From Candidatus Daviesbacteria bacterium RIFCSPHIGHO2_12_FULL_37_16 (lineage in GTDB: Bacteria; Patescibacteriota; Microgenomatia; Daviesbacterales; UBA10151), in NCBI GenBank assembly GCA_001776785.1, contig MFDF01000008.1, forward strand, positions 18,443-82,442: DNA of 64,000 bases, given 5' to 3'. Made by a program: the position numbers and the translations under genes. The notes beneath the pieces are model-generated. The model ran no database searches. It was not told where the DNA came from and saw only the letters and a program-made list of their open reading frames with translations. Positions 17,434 through 27,591 of the stretch are shown here, one piece after another (positions within the stretch are counted from its first letter, which is position 1; every line of letters starts with the position of its first letter).

Positions 17434-17715
17434 ATGTCTATGGGAATAATGGACAGTATGAAACAGCTTGGGGATCTCAAAAAGATGAGAGACCAGGCTA
17501 TGGAAGTTCAAAAAAAGCTAGCTCTAATAAAAATTACAGTAGAACACAAAGGTGTAACTATTGTCATGACTGGTGATCAAAAAGTAGTCTCTATCTCAGG
17601 GGAAAATGATCTTGATAAAGTCACAGAAGCTGTTAATGAAGCATTAAAACAATCCCAAAAAGTTGCTGCAGAAGAGATGAGATCCTTAATGGGCGGTCAA
17701 ATCCCCGGAATGTAA
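17434..17715 (+). CDS. ybaB: nucleoid-associated protein YbaB/EbfC
   Basis: MKQLGDLKKMRDQAMEVQKKL...VTIVMTGDQKVVSISGEN; ATG at 17434 preferred over the TTG at 17404. Confidence 0.85.
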   Translation: MSMGIMDSMKQLGDLKKMRDQAMEVQKKLALIKITVEHKGVTIVMTGDQKVVSISGENDLDKVTEAVNEALKQSQKVAAEEMRSLMGGQIPGM

Positions 17716-17721
17716 CCAGAA

Positions 17722-18123
17722 TCAGTGATTAATGATTACTGATTTAGGATTAATGAATGTTTTGCTCTTTTTAATAAATCCCTGTAACAATTTATCAACT
17801 ATATTCGCTTGATCTGCTAAATTCATCATTGCCTCATTATTCAAATAACCAACATCTTTTGCAATTAAAATAAAGTTTTTCAATTCTGATAATGAGCCTT
17901 TTGATAAATAATAAAACTGAACCTTCTCTTTATAACCTTGCCTACCAAAACCTTCTGCAATATTAGCCGTTATAGAAGCTGCAGCTCTTCGCATCTGATC
18001 AGTAATAGAATAAGTTTCTTCCTTTGGAAAGTTCTTAGTAATTTTGTAAATCAAGATAACTAGTTTATGCCCTTCTTTCCAGACATTTAAATCAGTAAAA
18101 GTTTCAATTTTCCCATTCCTCAT
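17722..18123 (-). CDS. four-helix-bundle protein (TIGR02436-like, 23S rRNA intervening-sequence protein family)
   Basis: W..GHKLVILIYKITKNFPKEETYSITDQMRRAAASITANIAEGFGR...SLSEL pattern. Confidence 0.8.
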   Translation of the reverse strand: MRNGKIETFTDLNVWKEGHKLVILIYKITKNFPKEETYSITDQMRRAAASITANIAEGFGRQGYKEKVQFYYLSKGSLSELKNFILIAKDVGYLNNEAMMNLADQANIVDKLLQGFIKKSKTFINPKSVIINH

Positions 18124-18160
18124 ATTCTTTAATCAGTAATCTTCCATCTTTAATCTTAAA

Positions 18161-18658
18161 CTAAGGAGTTGCAGATGAAGATGCAGTTGATGGTTGAGCA
18201 GTTGGTGAACTGGTAGGTTCAGAAGTTGGCTCAGAAGTTGGGCTTGGTGTTGGAGTAGGACTCTCAGTTGGTGCAGGTGTAGGAGAGGGAGTTGGGCTGG
18301 TTGTTTTTACAGGTGCTTTTTTAGGTGCAGGGGTGGGAGTAGAGGTGGGTGTTGGGATTGGGGTAGAAGTTGGGAATGGGGAAGGCTGCGGTGTTGCTTC
18401 TACTGCTTCTCCAGCAACCTCAGGGTTTGGAAAAACTAAATTTTTTATAAACACTCCACCTGAGAAAACTATAACTACTAAAACCAAAATAAGTCCAGCT
18501 GTTAATTTGTTAAAATTCCTTAATCTTTCCACTTTTAACTCCTTATATACTAAATACTGTATACTATTGTCAAACAAATGGCCACAATTCCTAAAGTAGT
18601 AAGAGATCTTATTGATGCTTTTGAGAGGCTGCCTGGTATTGGTCCAAAAACAGCCCAA
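18161..18658 (-). CDS. membrane-anchored Pro/Thr-rich protein (start probably downstream of the annotated Met)
   Basis: TM helix then [11 protein letters not shown]... low complexity; the ORF 5' end overlaps the recR start, so a GTG/TTG internal start is likely. Confidence 0.35.
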   Translation of the reverse strand: MGCFWTNTRQPLKSINKISYYFRNCGHLFDNSIQYLVYKELKVERLRNFNKLTAGLILVLVVIVFSGGVFIKNLVFPNPEVAGEAVEATPQPSPFPTSTPIPTPTSTPTPAPKKAPVKTTSPTPSPTPAPTESPTPTPSPTSEPTSEPTSSPTAQPSTASSSATP

Positions 18659-19174
18659 AGGTTAACTTATTACCTTTTACATGCCCCAAAGGAAGAAGCA
18701 AAAGCTTTAGCAGAGTCTGCCCTGGCCCTAAAAGAAAAAACTGTCCTTTGCAGTGTTTGTTTTAATATCTCTGAAACTGACCCATGTGAAATAGAAACAG
18801 ACCCGCTCAGGGATAAATCTGTGATTGCAGTGGTTGAAGACCCTCTGGATATGCTTGCCTTAGAAAGAGCAAATTTTAAAGGGCTTTACCATGTTCTTCA
18901 TGGAGCAATCTCTCCTTTAGAAAACATAGGGCCAGAGGAACTGCACATTAGGGAACTGCTCCCAAGGTTAAAAGATGGGACTATAAAAGAGATAATTTTA
19001 GCAACTAACCCAACAATGGAAGGTGAAGCAACAGCCATGTATATAGATAGACTTATAAGACCACTTGGAGTAAAGGTTACAAGAATTGCCAGGGGACTGC
19101 CAGTAGGGGGAGATTTAGAATATGCAGATGAAACTACATTAAGCAGGGCGCTTGAAGGCCGCAAAGAGTATTAA
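18578..19174 (+). CDS. recR: recombination protein RecR
   Basis: Hh[13 protein letters not shown], zinc finger C-x2-C...C-x2-C, Toprim domain. Confidence 0.95.
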   Translation: MATIPKVVRDLIDAFERLPGIGPKTAQRLTYYLLHAPKEEAKALAESALALKEKTVLCSVCFNISETDPCEIETDPLRDKSVIAVVEDPLDMLALERANFKGLYHVLHGAISPLENIGPEELHIRELLPRLKDGTIKEIILATNPTMEGEATAMYIDRLIRPLGVKVTRIARGLPVGGDLEYADETTLSRALEGRKEY

Positions 19175-19178
19175 GTCT

Positions 19179-19245
19179 CCAAGAAACAAGATACAAGTAT
19201 CCAAATATAGTTTGTTTCTTGTATCTTGGACACTTGGTTATTATC
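19179..19245. repeat. inverted-repeat hairpin element (ccaagaaacaagatacaag-loop-cttgtttcttgtatcttgg + cttggttattatc) right after the recR stop
   Basis: Same arms as 5779-5888; 19-nt arms with 2 mismatches. Confidence 0.6.
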
Positions 19246-19253
19246 ATTAAGCT

Positions 19254-19688
19254 ATGGCTAATGGTTTAAGAGGACAAATTGCAGATACAGCTTATGAGAC
19301 TTTAGAAGAAATTCCAGCTGCAGTTGGGAAACCAGTCCAGGATGAAGTTGGTAAAATGATAGAAGTTGGTGTCCAAGCAATTCAAGGACAAACCACAGAT
19401 CCCCAAAAATTAGCCCAGCAGCAGGAACAGGCAGCTAAAAGTAAAAAAGATACAGAATTAAAAAGAAGAAAAGTTCAGGCCTGGTTAAATGAATTAAATA
19501 GGCAGCAGACTGCACTAAATCAGCAAAATCTAAAAAAACAGCAGGAAAAACAGGCACAATCCCAGGAAGAAAAACAAAAAAAAGAAGTTAAACAGTTTGA
19601 AGTTGTCCAAAAAAGACAAAACTTAATTGATGAAAATGTCAGGGCAAAACAAGCCAAAGCTGAAATTAAAAGAGGAGTAGGTGGATAA
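19254..19688 (+). CDS. hypothetical Gln/Lys-rich coiled-coil protein
   Basis: Compositional only. Confidence 0.35.
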   Translation: MANGLRGQIADTAYETLEEIPAAVGKPVQDEVGKMIEVGVQAIQGQTTDPQKLAQQQEQAAKSKKDTELKRRKVQAWLNELNRQQTALNQQNLKKQQEKQAQSQEEKQKKEVKQFEVVQKRQNLIDENVRAKQAKAEIKRGVGG

Positions 19689-19690
19689 TC

Positions 19691-20719
19691 TCAAATACCT
19701 AAGTTAGTTTTTAACATTTCCTGTAACTGACTTTCATTGTCAGCATCATTAAAAAGCTCAATTAGTCTATCACCTTCAATTGCAAAATCATCTAGTAATC
19801 TTTCAAAAGCTCTCAAGCTGTAAAATCTTAGGAACAAATCATTAAATTGCTGCCATCTTTTATCTCTTGTGCCAACTAGAATTTCTACTGAACTTGATCT
19901 CTGCTCGTCTTCTCTAGGACTAATACCGCAGAGTGAGTAGAAATAAGTTGGTAAATCATCCATTGAGGCAGTTAAGAACGACTCTTCAGAAACTGGGATA
20001 GGGTAAACCGTACTTGCTTCCCAATCTATTCCTTCAACATTTCCTCTTGGTGTAACCCAAAAGTTTTTTAATTGCGGATCAGAATGTCTGATACCGGAAG
20101 CGTGCAAATCAGCCAATAGAACAGCATTTCTGTGTATAAGCTGTTCAAAATATGTTTTGGCTAAGAATTCTCCTGTATGAAATTGTGACCAGGGTTCACT
20201 ATCTAATGTTTTAGTATCTGTTCTGGCAACCGATACCAAAAAGCCGGAATCTTCCTCTGAAATAAAGCAGATTGGGTGGACTGTCTTAAAGCCCCTATCT
20301 AATACTTTTAATGTATTTTTTATTTCTATTATACCTTTTGCCGTCTGCTTAAAAGGTTTAACTGCCACATTCAAAAGTTTAACTTCGCCTGTTTCGCTAT
20401 CTCTTATTTCAATAATTCCAAAAGAAACATTGTGTGCACTTCCACCTCGGACAAACCAATCTTGTTCTCCTCTTCTTTGACCAATCCTCAAAACCTGTCT
20501 GCCGGAAAATTCCGGAGCGAGAAAAACGCCATCCTTAAAATGGTTTCCTTCTGCAATATTAATTACATGCGAATTTTTTCTGAAGTGCTTTTGGACTGCT
20601 GCATTAGCATCTTTTAATACCGGGCTTGGATTTTTTTCCCAGTGTTTTATACTCTGTTTTTCTGCGTAAGGAGTAATTACATCTGGGGATGAAACAGGAC
20701 TAAGCAGTTCAGTCATCAT
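19691..20719 (-). CDS. protein-kinase-like fold protein (atypical), function unknown
   Basis: VAVKPFKQ (VAIK-like Lys), catalytic-loop-like HSDPQLKNFWV (cf. HRDLKPEN) and IDWE (DFG-like). Confidence 0.4.
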   Translation of the reverse strand: MMTELLSPVSSPDVITPYAEKQSIKHWEKNPSPVLKDANAAVQKHFRKNSHVINIAEGNHFKDGVFLAPEFSGRQVLRIGQRRGEQDWFVRGGSAHNVSFGIIEIRDSETGEVKLLNVAVKPFKQTAKGIIEIKNTLKVLDRGFKTVHPICFISEEDSGFLVSVARTDTKTLDSEPWSQFHTGEFLAKTYFEQLIHRNAVLLADLHASGIRHSDPQLKNFWVTPRGNVEGIDWEASTVYPIPVSEESFLTASMDDLPTYFYSLCGISPREDEQRSSSVEILVGTRDKRWQQFNDLFLRFYSLRAFERLLDDFAIEGDRLIELFNDADNESQLQEMLKTNLGI

Positions 20720-21369
20720 TTTATCTTATTTTTAAAACTTTGTTTAAGGATTTCTATTTGTGATTCATGAGGATGATTTGGATCCTGCCTTTTTAATTCA
20801 TCTAAAATCCTTTGAGAAACCTCGTCTAGTGTTATTTCTGTATCTAGGACATAAGGAGGTAGAAGTCTAATTAAATCTTTCTGGCCCTGGGTAAGAACTA
20901 AATCTGAAAGATGCAACTCTTTAGGAAGGGCATTTGTGGCTTTATAAATTTTTCCCAAGATTGCCCCGACTTCAGTCATGATTTCAAAGGCACCTAAATA
21001 GCTCTGGGTAAATCCCTGCTCTTTAAATTGCATGCCGTCAAGAGGTCTTGTATTATAGGGAATCTTTACTACCTCAATAAGACTACTGTCATTATAGCCA
21101 ACTGTTTCAAATGCCGGAACATTAGCTTTAACAAAAAGATCCTTAGGTAAAGTTTCATTTGTTGCTGGTTGAAAAAAAAGATATCTTTGATGTCCAAGTA
21201 CAACATCAACGCCTCTTCTGTTCCTGGTTAAATTATAACCAAAATTGATCTCTGTGCCCCCTCCTTCTAATAGCACTTCACGCAAGTCATTAATATCCCT
21301 ACTTGTTCTAACTGCGTTCTTTGCAAGCTCTTCATTTGACCCATTTTCTTCATGTTCTAATTCATTCAT
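20716..21369 (-). CDS. hypothetical protein, 4-nt overlap (operon) with the kinase-like gene
   Basis: ORF and operon context only. Confidence 0.35.
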   Translation of the reverse strand: MNELEHEENGSNEELAKNAVRTSRDINDLREVLLEGGGTEINFGYNLTRNRRGVDVVLGHQRYLFFQPATNETLPKDLFVKANVPAFETVGYNDSSLIEVVKIPYNTRPLDGMQFKEQGFTQSYLGAFEIMTEVGAILGKIYKATNALPKELHLSDLVLTQGQKDLIRLLPPYVLDTEITLDEVSQRILDELKRQDPNHPHESQIEILKQSFKNKIK

Positions 21370-21432
21370 GGAATTAATTATAGGCTATAATGTTTATTAT
21401 ATCAATAACCCTCCTTGGAATAGATATTATTC

Positions 21433-22812
21433 TTGAATATAATAAACTCAGTTTCATTTAATTATATGTTAAAAATATATAACTCTCTATCCAGAAAAGT
21501 TGAAGAATTTATTCCTCTAAACCCTCCTAAGGTTGGGGTCTATACCTGTGGTCCAACTGTTTATGACTTTCAGCATATTGGAAATTTCAGGACCATGATT
21601 TTTTCAGATATTCTTTTAAGAACTTTAATGGCCAATAATTTTGATGTTAAGTCAGTAAGGAATATAACAGACATAGATGACAAAATAATAAAAGCTGCAA
21701 AAGAAAAAAACTTAGGGATTGAAGAATTTAGCTCTGAATTTACAACTGCTTTTTTTAATGATTTAGGTAAGTTAAATATTCTCCCTGTAGATGTTTCCCC
21801 CAAAGCTACAGAACATGTTACTAAAATGGTCAAATATATAGAAGTTTTAATAAAAAAAGGTTTAGCTTATATAGAAGATGATGGATCTGTATATTTTGAT
21901 ATTTCTAAATTCCCAAATTATGGAAAACTCTCAGGGCTGGAAAAAAGGCAGTTAAAAACAGGGACCAGGATTTTGTCTGATGAATATTCAAAAGAAGATG
22001 TTCAAGACTTTGCTTTATGGAAATCAATTAGTCCTTCTGAGGTTGGATATGACTCTCCCTGGGGCAGGGGCAGGCCTGGCTGGCACATAGAGTGCTCAGT
22101 TATGAGCCAGGAATATTTAGGGGAGACTTTAGATATCCATGCAGGTGGGATAGACCTATTATTCCCCCATCATGAAAATGAAATTGCCCAATCAGAAGGG
22201 TATACAGGCAAACCCTTTGCTAATTTTTTTGTCCATGGAGAGCACTTATTAGTTGAAGGGGCAAAAATGAGCAAATCCTTAAAAAATTTTTATAAACTCT
22301 CAGATTTAGAAGATAAAGGTTTTGAACCCCTCTCCTACAGATATTTAGTTTTAACAGCCCACTACAGGGATAAACTAAATTTTACCTGGGAGTCTCTTCA
22401 AGCTGCCCAAAATGCTTTAAATAATTTAAGGGAAATAGTAAGAGGTTGGGATGAACCCAAAATAGGCTGTGCAGAGTTTGAGCAAAGGTTTATGCAAGCT
22501 ATTAACAATGATTTAAATACCCCAACTGCTTTGGCAGTAATGTGGGAAATGATAAAGTCTGATTATCCAGCTTCTGCAAAAGCTGCATCAATTTTAAAAA
22601 TGGACAAAGTTTTAGGTTTAAAATTTGATGGGTATGTTGGAAAGCAAATAGAAATCCCTGATAATGTTAAAAAATTAGTTGACCAAAGGGAAAATGTTAG
22701 AGAATCAGGAGATTTTGAACTTTCTGATAAGTTAAGAAAAGAAATTAAAGGTTTAGGATATGAGCTAGAAGATACTTCAAAGGGACCAAGAATTAAAAAG
22801 CTAATTACCTAA
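21433..22812 (+). CDS. cysS: cysteinyl-tRNA synthetase (probable start at the MLKIYNS Met)
   Basis: CGPTVYDFQHIGN (HIGH), KMSKS, zinc-binding residues. Confidence 0.9.
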   Translation: MNIINSVSFNYMLKIYNSLSRKVEEFIPLNPPKVGVYTCGPTVYDFQHIGNFRTMIFSDILLRTLMANNFDVKSVRNITDIDDKIIKAAKEKNLGIEEFSSEFTTAFFNDLGKLNILPVDVSPKATEHVTKMVKYIEVLIKKGLAYIEDDGSVYFDISKFPNYGKLSGLEKRQLKTGTRILSDEYSKEDVQDFALWKSISPSEVGYDSPWGRGRPGWHIECSVMSQEYLGETLDIHAGGIDLLFPHHENEIAQSEGYTGKPFANFFVHGEHLLVEGAKMSKSLKNFYKLSDLEDKGFEPLSYRYLVLTAHYRDKLNFTWESLQAAQNALNNLREIVRGWDEPKIGCAEFEQRFMQAINNDLNTPTALAVMWEMIKSDYPASAKAASILKMDKVLGLKFDGYVGKQIEIPDNVKKLVDQRENVRESGDFELSDKLRKEIKGLGYELEDTSKGPRIKKLIT

Positions 22813-22857
22813 TTCTTACTTGTTAGATTCTCAATTTGCGAGTATAATCCTCTTTTA

Positions 22858-23529
22858 GTGTCAGAAGTTATAACTATTGATGGTCCGACTTCTTCAGGGA
22901 AGTCTTCAGTGGGCCATCTTTTTTCTGCTAATATAGGTTTTCAGTTTATAGATACCGGCGCAATTTATCGGGCTGGATCCCTTTTCATCCTTGAAAATAA
23001 TCTAAGTACAGCTGATGAAAACGTATGTGCCAAAGTTTTTGAAAATTTAAATGTTGAATTCAAAGAAATTGATGGGTCCCAAAGAATTTTTCTGGATGGT
23101 AAAGATATAACTGAAAAACTCCACTTACCTCAAGTCACAAAAGTAGTTCCAATAATTGCAGCTTTCCCTAAAGTCAGGGAATTATCTAAAAAAATCCAAA
23201 GGAAAATTGGCAGTTTACAAAATACAGTTATGACAGGAAGGGATATTGGCACAGAAATTTTTCCTGACAGTAAACTCAAAATTTTTTTAACTGCATCTCC
23301 CGAGATTAGAGCAAAAAGAAGGTATGAACAGTTAAAACAAAAAGACTTAGATATTTCATATGAAAAAGTTTTAGAAGAGATGTTAAAAAGGGATGAAGCA
23401 GATTCCATCAGGGAGGCTTCTCCATTTAGAAAACCTGATGATGCAGTTGAAATTGATACAACAAATTTAACAACTAAGCAGACTGTAGAAAAGATGTTAG
23501 AATTATTTAAAGCCCGTGGATTATCTTAA
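22858..23529 (+). CDS. cmk: cytidylate kinase
   Basis: ITIDGPTSSGKSSVG P-loop, overall CMP kinase architecture. Confidence 0.9.
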   Translation: MSEVITIDGPTSSGKSSVGHLFSANIGFQFIDTGAIYRAGSLFILENNLSTADENVCAKVFENLNVEFKEIDGSQRIFLDGKDITEKLHLPQVTKVVPIIAAFPKVRELSKKIQRKIGSLQNTVMTGRDIGTEIFPDSKLKIFLTASPEIRAKRRYEQLKQKDLDISYEKVLEEMLKRDEADSIREASPFRKPDDAVEIDTTNLTTKQTVEKMLELFKARGLS

Positions 23530-24283
23530 CGCTATAATTTTGTCCATAGTTGAGGGAGCAACAGAATTTCTTCCGATTTCTTCAACTGGCCATTTAGTTT
23601 TAGCATCCAAAGTTTTAAATATCCCCCAGACAAATTTTATTAAAAGTTTTGAGATTTTTATTCAACTTGGTGCAATCCTGGCAGTAGTTTTTTTATATTG
23701 GCAAAAACTTATATATAATTTCAAACTTTGGAAAAATATTTTAATTGCTTTTATTCCAACTGCAATTGTAGGATTAGCTTTTTATGAAATAATTAAAAAC
23801 TATTTTATTGGGAATTTACAAATTACTCTTCTGGCACTTTTTTTAGGTGGTTTAATTTTAATCTTTGTAGATAAACTTCTAAAAGAAAAAGATTTTGATA
23901 GTTTAGAAAAACTAACTGTTAAACAATCTTTACTAATTGGACTGGCCCAATCTGTTTCTGTAATTCCAGGAGTCTCCAGGGCTGCTGCCACCATCATTGG
24001 CGGGCAATTTGCAGGGCTTAGTAAAAAAGCAGCTTTAGAATTTTCATTTCTTCTGGCAATCCCAACAATGTTTGCAGCCACTGGGTTGGATGTTATAAAA
24101 AGCAATTTTAACTTCTCTTTAACTGAGTGGTCCTATCTTTTTATTGGATTTATTGGATCATTTATAACAGCCCTTTTTGTTATAAAGTGGTTTATAAAGT
24201 TTGTTGAAAAAAATAACTTTTTCATATTTGGAGTTTACAGAATAATCTTAAGTATTTTATTCTGGTTTACCTTTTTAAGGTAG
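23516..24283 (+). CDS. uppP: undecaprenyl-diphosphate phosphatase
   Basis: GATEFLPISSTGHL and SRSG(A/T)TI-type motif (VSRAAATIIGG); 8 TM. Confidence 0.9.
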   Translation: MDYLNAIILSIVEGATEFLPISSTGHLVLASKVLNIPQTNFIKSFEIFIQLGAILAVVFLYWQKLIYNFKLWKNILIAFIPTAIVGLAFYEIIKNYFIGNLQITLLALFLGGLILIFVDKLLKEKDFDSLEKLTVKQSLLIGLAQSVSVIPGVSRAAATIIGGQFAGLSKKAALEFSFLLAIPTMFAATGLDVIKSNFNFSLTEWSYLFIGFIGSFITALFVIKWFIKFVEKNNFFIFGVYRIILSILFWFTFLR

Positions 24284-24319
24284 TTTAATTTTCTTAGGTG
24301 ATCTGATATCCTACCAAGC

Positions 24320-25585
24320 ATGTACAATATCCAAACTTTAAAAAATGGTTTAACTTTAATCACCATCCCAATGCCTCACCTGGATTCAGTCACAACTTTA
24401 GTTGCAGTTGGTGCAGGCAGTAGGTATGAAACCAAAAATATAAATGGCATCTCCCACTTTCTTGAACACATGTTTTTTAAAGGTTCCAGAAAATTCCCAA
24501 CAGCAGAACAGATTTCAACCTTAATAGATGGCCTGGGAGCAGTAAATAATGCAGCTACTTCAAAAGAATGGACTTATTATTGGATAAAGTCTGCCTCAAA
24601 GCATATTGAGCTTGCAAATGATGTTTTATCCTCAATGTTAAAAGAATCCCTTTTAGTTGAAGAAGAGATAGAGCGGGAAAAAGGGGTAATAATTGAGGAG
24701 TTAAGGATGTATAGGGATAATCCAGGTAGATATGTCTGGGAACTTTATGAAAGGCTGCAGTTTGGAGATCAGCCCTTAGGTTGGGATATTGGAGGGGATG
24801 AAGAAACTATAAAATCTTTAAATAGGGAAGAGTTTTTAAGTTATTTAGAATCTTTGTATTCCCCTGAGAATATGGTTTTAGTTTTAGCTGGTAAACTTCC
24901 TAAAGACCCAAAAGCATTTGCAGAAAAGTATTATTTGGATTTGCCAAAAAGGGATCAATATAAATTTAAGGAATTTAAAAAAACTAAACAGACAAAACCA
25001 AAAGTTAATGTTTTTTATAAAGCCACAGACCAGGCAAATTTAATTTTAGGGGTGGAGGGCTATCACAGAAATCATCCTAAAAGGTATGCAGCCAGGATTT
25101 TGGGTGCCATTTTGGGAGAAAGCATGTCCTCAAGGTTATTTATCCAGGTTAGGGAAAGAAGGGGATTAGCTTATCATATTAGTGCAGGCCATGAAGGTTT
25201 TGTGGACACAGGAACTTTTACAGTTTTTGCAGGGCTTAAATTAGAAAAAGTTTATGAAGGCTTAGAGGTTATAAAAGCAGAACTGGAACGGACAATTTTA
25301 GAAAAAGTCACAGAAGATGAATTAAAAAAAGCTAAAGAAATGTTAAGAGGGAGGCTTGCAATCAGGGAAGAATCAACCAACTTTTTAGCAGAACACTTTG
25401 GGGTGGAGTATGTTTTAGATAGGGAGTTAGAAGGGTTTGATGAGTATTTAAAAAAAATTGATAAAGTAACTGCAGAGCAGGTAAGGGATGTAGCTAAAGA
25501 ACTTTTTAAAAATGAAAGGTATAACCTTCAGGTAATAGCCCCAATAAAATCTACTGAAAAATTTGTTAGTATCCTAAATAGTTAA
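24320..25585 (+). CDS. M16-family zinc peptidase (insulinase/PqqL-like)
   Basis: Inverted zinc motif HFLEHMFFKGS. Confidence 0.85.
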   Translation: MYNIQTLKNGLTLITIPMPHLDSVTTLVAVGAGSRYETKNINGISHFLEHMFFKGSRKFPTAEQISTLIDGLGAVNNAATSKEWTYYWIKSASKHIELANDVLSSMLKESLLVEEEIEREKGVIIEELRMYRDNPGRYVWELYERLQFGDQPLGWDIGGDEETIKSLNREEFLSYLESLYSPENMVLVLAGKLPKDPKAFAEKYYLDLPKRDQYKFKEFKKTKQTKPKVNVFYKATDQANLILGVEGYHRNHPKRYAARILGAILGESMSSRLFIQVRERRGLAYHISAGHEGFVDTGTFTVFAGLKLEKVYEGLEVIKAELERTILEKVTEDELKKAKEMLRGRLAIREESTNFLAEHFGVEYVLDRELEGFDEYLKKIDKVTAEQVRDVAKELFKNERYNLQVIAPIKSTEKFVSILNS

Positions 25586-25606
25586 ATTTTTTAATACACT
25601 TAGATT

Positions 25607-26230
25607 ATGAACAAAAAACTGCAGCTTATTTTACTGGGAGTTTTTATACTGCTTGCAGTTTATGTAAAATCTAACTATATAGTAAGTACAGACCTTTTCA
25701 TAACCCAAACACTGCAAAATCTAAATTTTTTCTGGTTTGATTTATTAATGAAATTTATTTCCAAGTTGGGTTATCAAATAACATGGATAATTTCTCTTCT
25801 TGGAGCAGTATTATTTTTTATGCTTCTTAAAAAAAGAAAAGAAGCCTTAGTTATTTTCATGTCCATTTTAGGGGCATTATTTTTAAGCGAGTTTTTTAAA
25901 ATTATAATTGCCCGTCCAAGGCCAGATCCTAATTTAATCTATCAGTTTGAAAAATTAGCCAGGTTTGATTCATACCCGTCAGGACATATACTGTTTGCAA
26001 TTGGTTTTTATGGCTTTATTTTCTACTTGATTTACAAAAACCTCAAAAAAAGGCTTGCTTAAAAACTTATTACTTGTTTCTTGTATCTTGGTTATTATCC
26101 TGATGGGTTTTTCCAGGATTTATCTTGGGTCCCATTGGTTTTCAGATGTATTAGGAGCTTACATTTTAGGAATTTTATGGATTAATTTTATTATAAATCT
26201 GTACAAAAGGTTAAAAGTTTAGTTATACTA
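25607..26230 (+). pseudogene. PAP2-family phosphatase split by a frameshift at an A7 homopolymer (26046-26052); motifs 1-2 in frame 2, motif 3 in the next frame
   Basis: KIIIARPRP and YPSGH in the 25607-26062 ORF; SRIYLGSHWFSDVLGA (SRx5Hx3D) continues in the +1 frame to 26220; the junction lies inside the cttgtttcttgtatcttggttattatc repeat. Confidence 0.5.
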
Positions 26231-26235
26231 TTTTA

Positions 26236-26994
26236 ATGCAAAACCAGAATCTTCTGATTGCTAATACTGTTTCATTCCTGATTAAATCAATTATTTTTTT
26301 ACTTCTGATATTTCTCTACATTAAATTTGCAGGTCCAATCCCTTTTTCTGTAAATTCCACAACCACCTCTAAATCAGATGCCTTCTCTGTCACAGGTGAA
26401 GGTAAAGCAGATATCAAACCTGATTTTGGAACACTAAGGGTTGGTGTAACTGCAAATGCTCAAACAGTTGAAGCAGCTCAGTCTCAAATGAATACCTCTA
26501 TAAATAAAGTTACAGATGCACTAAAAAATGCTGGGATCGCCTCAGATGATATTCAAACTGAAAATTACAATGTAAACCCAAACTATGACTACACCTCTGG
26601 AACCCAAAAAATCACAGGCTACAATGCTAATACAAACTTAGTAATTAAAATAAGGGATATAAATAAGGCAAACCAAATTATAGATTTAACAACTCAAAAT
26701 GGAGCAAATCAATTAGGAGGGTTAACATTTGAAAATTTAGATAAATCAAAAGCAGAAGATGAGGCAAGGATAAAGGCAGTTGAAGATGCAAAGAAAAAAG
26801 CTTCCAGGGCTGCCCAGGCTGCAGGGTTTAGTTTAGGGAAATTAGTTAATTATCAGGAATCTTTTGGAGGCCAACCACCAATAATATATGCAGCAGACAG
26901 GGCACTTCCCCAATCAGGTGGAGGTGACACACAGGTAGAACCGGGAACCAATGAGATAGTTGTTAATGTCACATTAAGCTACGAAGTCCGATGA
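26236..26994 (+). CDS. SIMPL-domain (DUF541) secreted/membrane protein
   Basis: Pattern G..DIKPDFGTLRVGV...AQ...V...LK..GI...DIQT.NYNVNPNYDY.......ITGY; N-terminal TM anchor. Confidence 0.75.
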   Translation: MQNQNLLIANTVSFLIKSIIFLLLIFLYIKFAGPIPFSVNSTTTSKSDAFSVTGEGKADIKPDFGTLRVGVTANAQTVEAAQSQMNTSINKVTDALKNAGIASDDIQTENYNVNPNYDYTSGTQKITGYNANTNLVIKIRDINKANQIIDLTTQNGANQLGGLTFENLDKSKAEDEARIKAVEDAKKKASRAAQAAGFSLGKLVNYQESFGGQPPIIYAADRALPQSGGGDTQVEPGTNEIVVNVTLSYEVR

Positions 26995-27030
26995 CTTGAC
27001 ACAATGAAAAATGTTTGTTAGTTTAGAATT

Positions 27031-27591
27031 ATGGCAAATCTCATTGATGATGTTAAAAATGCTTTGAGTTCAGTCCTTACTGGTGCTGGAGATGTAGTCT
27101 CTGCTGCTCAGGATGTAGCTAGAGATAATGTCACCAAAGCTGTCCAGGGTGCAGGTGAAGTTGCAGTAGGAGGCATAGATGCAGTCTCCCAGGTTGTCAC
27201 AGGTGGAATAGATGCCCTCTCTTCTTCTGGAAGCTCCCTTACCCAGGGTGTGACAGGACTTGTAAGAGGTGCAGTAGATGGCGCAAAAGATGTAGGGGTA
27301 GATAGTGCAGAAGCTGCAGGAGAGGCAGCATCTACAGCAGTTAAAGAAGGATCAAAGGTTGGAGGAGATGTTGGAGAGGTAGCAGTCTCTGCTGTTGAAG
27401 GGGTAATTGGGGCTGCAGACGACATAGGTGCAGATGCTGGAAACTTAGCAAAAAGTGCAGTTTTAGGAGCACTTTCCGCAGCTGATGAGATAAGTTCAGA
27501 GGCAGGCAGTATAGTTAGGAAAGCATTACTAAATGCAATAGCCCTGCCCCATGATGTAATTGATGCACTCCTAACAGGTAAAACTGAGTGA
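27031..27591 (+). CDS. hypothetical Ala/Gly/Val-rich low-complexity protein
   Basis: Repetitive (V/A)xG(A/G)xD composition; local GC clearly above background. Confidence 0.35.
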   Translation: MANLIDDVKNALSSVLTGAGDVVSAAQDVARDNVTKAVQGAGEVAVGGIDAVSQVVTGGIDALSSSGSSLTQGVTGLVRGAVDGAKDVGVDSAEAAGEAASTAVKEGSKVGGDVGEVAVSAVEGVIGAADDIGADAGNLAKSAVLGALSAADEISSEAGSIVRKALLNAIALPHDVIDALLTGKTE

